Assembly: GCA_964016885.1 (NCBI GenBank)
Contig: OZ024742.1
Span: forward strand, 8,122,001 to 8,186,000
Reading direction: 5' to 3'
From: Eledone cirrhosa
Taxonomy: Eukaryota
Length of the DNA: 64,000 nucleotides
Shown here: positions 56,701 to 64,000 of the stretch, piece after piece
How positions within the stretch are numbered: position 1 is the stretch's first letter
How the letters are laid out: every line of letters starts with the position of its first letter
Position numbers and translations under genes: made by a program
Notes under the pieces: generated by a model
Told to the model about the DNA's origin: nothing
Databases searched by the model: none
What the model saw: only the letters and a program-made list of their open reading frames with translations

Positions 56701-59700
56701 CACATATAGGTGTCATAAGGAACACATACACATACACAGAGGGGAGAGACACACATATAGATGCCATAAGAAACACATACACACACACAGAGGGGAGAGA
56801 CACACATATAGAATAGATGTCATAAGGAACACATACACACACACAGAGGGGAGAGACACACATATAGATGTCATAAGGAACACACACACACACAGAGAGG
56901 AGAGACACACATATAGATGTCATAAGGAACACATACACACACACACACAGAGAGGAGAGACACACATATAGATGTCATAAGGAACACATACACAGAGAGA
57001 GAGAGAGGAGAGACACACATATAGATGTCATAAGGAACACACACACACACAGAGAGGAGAGACACACATATAGATGTCATAAGGAACACATACACACACA
57101 TACACAGAGGAGAGACACACATATAGATGTCATAAGGAACACATACACACACATACACAGAGGAGAGACACACATATAGATGTCATAAGAAACACATACA
57201 CACACACAGAGGGGAGAGACACACATATAGATGTCATAAAGAACACATACACACACACACAGAGAGGAGAGACACGCATATAGATGTCATAAGGAACACA
57301 TACACACACACAGAGGGGAGAGACACACATATAGATGTCATAAGGAACACATACACACTCACACAGAGGAGAGACACACATATAGATGTCATAAGGAACA
57401 CATACACACACACAGAGGGGAGAGACACACATATAGATGTCATAAGGAACACATACACACACACAGAGAGGAGAGACACACATATAGATGTCATAAGGAA
57501 CACATACACATACACAGAGAGGAGAGACACACATATAGATGTCATAAGGAATACATACACACACACACAGAGAGGAGAGACACACATATAGATGTCATAA
57601 GGAATACATACACACACACAGAGAGAGGAGAGACACACATATAGATGTCATAAGGATTACATACACACACACACACAGAGAAGAGACACACATATAGATG
57701 TCATAAGGAACACATACACAGAGAGAGAGAGAGAGGAGAGACACACATATAGATGTCATAAGGAACACATACACACACACACACACAGAGGAGAGACACA
57801 CATATAGATGTCATAAGGAATACATACACACACACACACAGAGGAGAGACACACATATAGATGTCATAAGGAACACATACACACACACAGAGAGGAGAGA
57901 CACACATATAGATGTCATAAGGAACACATACACACACACACACACAGAGGAGAGACACACATATAGATGTCATAAGGAATACATACACACACACACACAG
58001 AGGAGAGACACACATATAGATGTCATAAGGAACACATACACACACACAGAGGGGAGAGACACACATATAGATGTCATAAGGAACACATACACACACACAG
58101 AGGGGAGAGACACACATATAGATGCCATAAAGAACACATACACATACACAGAGGGGAGACACACACATATAGATGCCATAAAGAACACATACACACACAC
58201 AGAGGGGAGAGACACACATATAGATGTCATAAGGAACACATACACACACACAGAGGGGAGAGACACACATATAGATGTCATAAGGAACACATACACACAC
58301 ACAGAGGGGAGAGACACACATATAGATGTAATAAGGAATACATACACACACACAGAGAGAGGAGAGACACACATATAGATGTCATAAGGATTACATACAC
58401 ACACACACACAGAGAAGAGACACACATATAGATGTCATAAGGAACACATACACACAGAGAGAGAGAGAGGAGAGACACACATATAGATGTCATAAGGAAC
58501 ACATACACACACACACACACAGAGGAGAGACACACATATAGATGTCATAAGGAATACATACACACACACACACAGAGGAGAGACACACATATAGATGTCA
58601 TAAGGAACACATACACACACACAGAGAGGAGAGACACACATATAGATGTCATAAGGAACACATACACACACACACACACAGAGGAGAGACACACATATAG
58701 ATGTCATAAGGAATACATACACACACACAGAGAGAGGAGACACACATATAGATGTCATAAGGAACACATACACACACACAGAGGAGAGACACACATATAG
58801 ATGTCATAAGGAACATATACACACACACACACACAGAGGAGAGACACACATATAGATGTCATAAGGAATACATACACACACACACAGAGAGGAGAGACAC
58901 ACATACAGGTGTCATAAGGAACACATACACATACACAGAGAGGAGAGACACACATATAGATGTCATAAGGAATACATACACACACACACACAGAGGAGAG
59001 ATACACATATAGATGTCATAAGGAATACATAGACACACACACTGAGGAGAGACACACATATAGATGTCATAAGGAACACATACACACACACACAGAGAGG
59101 AGAGACACACATATAGATGTCATAAGGAACACATACACACACACAGAGAGGAGAGACACACATATAGATGTCATAAGGAACACATACACACACACACACA
59201 CACAGAGGAGAGACACACATGTAGATATCATAAGGAATACATAGACACACACACAGAGAGGAGAGACACACATATAGATGTCATAAGGAACACATACACA
59301 CACACAGAGGAGAGACACACATATAGATGTCATAAGGAACACATACACACACAGAGAGGAGAGACACAGATATAGATGTCATAAGGAACACATACACACA
59401 CATAGAGGAGAGACGCACATATAGATGTCATAAGGAACACATACACACACACAGAGAGGAGAGACACACATATAGATGTCATAAGGAACACATACACACA
59501 CACACACAGAGGAGTGACACACATATAGATGTCATAAGGAACACATACACACACACAGATAGGAGAGACACACATATAGATGTCATAAGGAACACATACA
59601 CACACACAGAGAGAGGAGAGACACACATATAGATGTCATAAGGAACACATACACACACACAGAGAGGAGAGACACACATATAGATGTCATAAGGAACACA

Positions 59701-62700
59701 TACACACACACAGAGGGGAGAGACACACATATAGATGTCATAAGGAACACATACACACACACAGAGAGGAGTGACACACATATAGATGTCATAAGGAACA
59801 CATACACACACACAGAGAGGAGAGACACAGATATAGATGTCATAAGGAACACATACACACACATAGAGGAGAGACGCACATATAGATGTCATAAGGGACA
59901 CATACACACACACAGAGGAGAGACACACATATATATGTCATAAGGAACACATACACACACACACATAGAGGAGAGACACACATATAGATGTCATAAGGAA
60001 CACATACACACACACACATAGAGGAGAGACACACATATAGATGTCATAAGGAACACATACACACACACACAGAGGAGAGACACACATATAGATGTCATAA
60101 GGAACACATACACACACACACATAGAGGAGAGACACACATATAGATGTCATAAGGAACACATACACACACACACAGAGAGGAGAGAAACACATATAGATG
60201 TCATAAGGAACACATACACACACACACAGAGAGGAGAGACACACATATAGATGTCATAAGGAACACATACACACACACACATAGAGGAGAGACACACATA
60301 TAGATGTCATAAGGAACACATACACACACACACATAGAGGAGAGACACACATATAGATGTCATAAGGAACACATACACACACACAGAGAGGAGAGACACA
60401 CATATAGATGTCATAAGGAACACATACACACACACACATAGAGGAGAGACACACATATACATGTCATAAGGAACACATACACACACACAGAGAGGAGAGA
60501 CACACAGATAGATGCCATAAGGAACACATACACACACACACAGAGAGGAGAGACACACATATAGATGTCATAAGGAACACATACACACACACACATAGAG
60601 GAGAGACACACATATAGATGTCATAAGGAACACATACACACACACATAGAGGAGAGACACACATATAGATGTCATAAGGAACACATACACACACACATAG
60701 AGGAGAGACACACATATAGATGTCATAAGGAACACATACACACACACAGAGGGGAGAGACACACATATAGATGTCATAAGGAACACATACACACACACAG
60801 AGAGCAGAGACACACATATAGATGTCATAAGGAACACATACACACACACATAGAGGAGAGACACACATATAGATGTCATAAGGAACACATACACAGAGAG
60901 GAGAGACACACATATAAATGTCATAAGGAACACATACACACACACACAGAGAGGAGAGACACACATATAGATGTCATAAGGAACACATACACACACACAG
61001 AGAGGAGAGACACACATATAGATGTCGTAAGGAACACATACACACACACAGAGGCGAGACACACATATAGATGTCATAAGGAACACATACACAGAGAGGA
61101 GAGACACACATATAGATGTCATAAGGAACACATACACACACACACACATAGAGGAGAGACACACATATAGATGTCATAAGGAACACATACACACATACAG
61201 AGGAGAGACACACATATAGATGTCATAAGGAACACATACACACACACAGAGGAGAGACACACATATAGATGTCATAAGGAATACATAGACACACACACAG
61301 AGAGGAGAGACACACATATAGATGTCATAAGGAACACCTAGACACACACACAGAGAGGAGAGACACACATATTGATGTCATAAGGAACACATACACACAC
61401 ACAGAGTGAGGAGAGACACACATATAGGTGTCATAAGGAACACATACACACACACACAGAGAGGAGAGACACACATATAGGTGTCATAAGGAACACATAC
61501 ACACACACACAGAGAGAGAGGAGAGACACACATATAGATGTCATAAGGAACACATACACACACACACAGAGAGGAGAGACACACATATAGGTGTCATAAG
61601 GAACACATACACACACACAGAGAGGAGTGACACACATATAGGTGTCATAAGGAACACATAGACACACACAGAGAGGAGAGACACACATATAGATGTCATA
61701 AGGAACACATACACACACACAGAGAGGAGAGACACACATATAGATGTCATAAGGAACACATACACACACACACACACAGAGGAGAGACACACATATAGGT
61801 GTCATAAGGAACACATACACACACACAGAGAGGAGAGACACACATATAGATGTCATAAGGAACACATACACACACACACACACAGAGGAGAGACACACAT
61901 ATAGGTGTCATAAGGAACACATACACACACACACAGAGGAGAGACACACATATAGATGTCATAAGGAATACATACACACACACAGAGGAGAGACACACAT
62001 ATAGATGTCATAAGGAACACATACACACACACAGAGGAGAGACACACATATAGATGTCATAAGGAACACATACACACACACATAGAGGAAAGACACACAT
62101 ATAGATGTCATAAGGAACACATACACACACACACACACAGAGGAGAGACACACATATAGATGTCATAAGGAATACATACACACACACAGAGGAGAGACAC
62201 ACATATAGATGTCATAAGGAACACATACACACACACACACACAGAGGAGAGACACACATATAGATGTCATAAGGAACACATACACACACACACACACAGA
62301 GGAGAGACACACATATAGATGTCATAAGGAACACATACACACACACACAGAGGAGAGACACACATATAGATGTCATAAGGAACACATACACACACACACA
62401 GAGGAGAGACACACATATAGATGTCATAAGGAACACATACACACACACACAGAGGAGAGACACACATATAGATGTCATAAGGAATACATACACACACACA
62501 GAGGAAAGACACACATATAGATGTCATAAGGAATACATACACACACACAGAGGAAAGACACACATATAGATGTCATAAGGAACACATACACACACACACA
62601 CACAGAGGAGAGACACACATATAGATGTCATAAGGAATACATACACACACACAGAGGAGAGACACACATATAGATGTCATAAGGAACACATACACACACA

Positions 62701-64000
62701 CACACACAGAGGAGAGACACACATATACATGTCATAAGGAACACATACACACACACAGAGGAGAGACACACATATAGATGTCATAAGGAACACATACACA
62801 CACACACAGAGGAGAGACACACATATAGATGTCATAAGGAACACATACACACACACACAGAGGAGAGACACACATATAGATGTCATAAGGAACACATACA
62901 CACACACACAGAGGAGAGGCACACATATAGATGTCATAAGGAACACATACACACACACACAGAGGAGAGACACACATATAGATGTCATAAGGAATACATA
63001 CACACACACAGAGGAAAGACACACATATAGATGTCATAAGGAACACATACACACACACACACAGAGAGGAGAGACACACATATAGATGTCATAAGGAACA
63101 CATACACACTCACACAGAGGAGAGACACACATATAGATGTCATAAGGAACACATACACACACACACAGAGAGGAGAGACACACATATAGATGCCATAAGG
63201 AACACATACACACTCACACAGAGGAGAGACACACATATAGATGTCATAAGGAACACATACACACACACAGAGGAGAGACACACATATAGATGTCATAGGG
63301 AACACATACACACACACACACACACACAGAGGAGAGACACACATATAGGTGTCATAAGGAACACATACACACACACAGAGAGGAGAGACACACATATAGA
63401 TGTCATAAGGAATACATACACACACACACACATAGAGGAGAGACACACATATAGGTGTCATAAGGAACACATACACACACACACAGAGGAGAGACACACA
63501 TATAGATGTCATACGGAATACATACACACACACACACATAGAGGAGAGACACACATATAGATGTCATAAGGAACACATACACACACAGAGGAGAGACACA
63601 CATATAGGTGTCATAAGGAACACATACACACACACACACAGAGGAGAGACACACATATATATGTCATAAGGAATACATACACACACACAGAGAGGAGAGA
63701 CACACATATAGATGTCATAAGGAATACATACACACACACACACAGAGAGGAGAGACACACATATAGATGTCATAAGGAACACATACACATACACACAGAG
63801 AGGAGAGACACATATATAGATGTCATAAGGAACACATACACACACACACAGAGAGGAGAGACACACATATAGATGTCATAAGGAACACATACACACACAC
63901 ACACACAGAGGAGAGACACACATATAGATGTCATAAGGAACACATACACACACAGAGAGGAGAGTCACACATATAGATGTCATAAGGAACACATAGACAC
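41733..64000. repeat. Satellite array of ~47-59-bp (mostly 51-55) units GAGGAGAGACACACATATAGATGTCATAAGGAACACAT(AC)nA(GA)m, more than 22 kb and running off the window
   Basis: Roughly 430 units (length divided by ~52). Unit length varies in 2-nt steps through the (AC)n/(GA)m tracts. Confidence 0.97.

Noticed and set aside
41714-63866. Hundreds of Cys/Val-rich ORFs (VPYDIYMCVSPLCV...)
   Set aside because: They are translations of the satellite in all minus frames, with constant 2-nt slippage. The YPYD-like peptide resemblance is coincidental.
41733-64000. CRISPR-like array (constant repeat plus variable spacer)
   Set aside because: The variable parts are only (AC)n/(GA)m length changes, not unique spacers. 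The context is eukaryotic and there are no cas genes.

Overview
This is AT-rich, microsatellite-saturated eukaryotic DNA with no recognisable host gene. The SINE types and repeat landscape suggest an octopus or other cephalopod genome (inference). Positions 1-13.7 kb hold a dense cluster of Penelope-like retroelements (PLEs) from two families, A and B. They encode RT, a CxCx5Cx5C linker and a C-terminal GIY-YIG endonuclease, resembling the Hydra clade. The cluster includes one uninterrupted, slightly 5'-truncated ~706-codon ORF (3417-5537, minus), kb-scale inverted pseudo-LTRs, and 3' ends that abut (TA)n tracts. Reading the pseudo-LTRs by hand shows type I hammerhead ribozyme (HHR) folds. Family B has a canonical minimal HHR with compensatory changes. 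Family A has a conserved NON-canonical core, CAGAAGA instead of CUGANGA, in all five copies. A separate ~270-bp non-coding HHR-carrying element (family C) occurs three times. The 13.7-41.7 kb region holds an L1/Tx1 3' fragment, a third PLE endonuclease fragment, tRNA-derived SINEs, trinucleotide-derived minisatellites and several fold-back palindromes. From 41.7 kb to the window end is a ~52-bp satellite with multi-kb higher-order duplications. Nearly all other ORFs in the track are simple-repeat artefacts. All RNA folds and alignments were done by eye, with no searches run.
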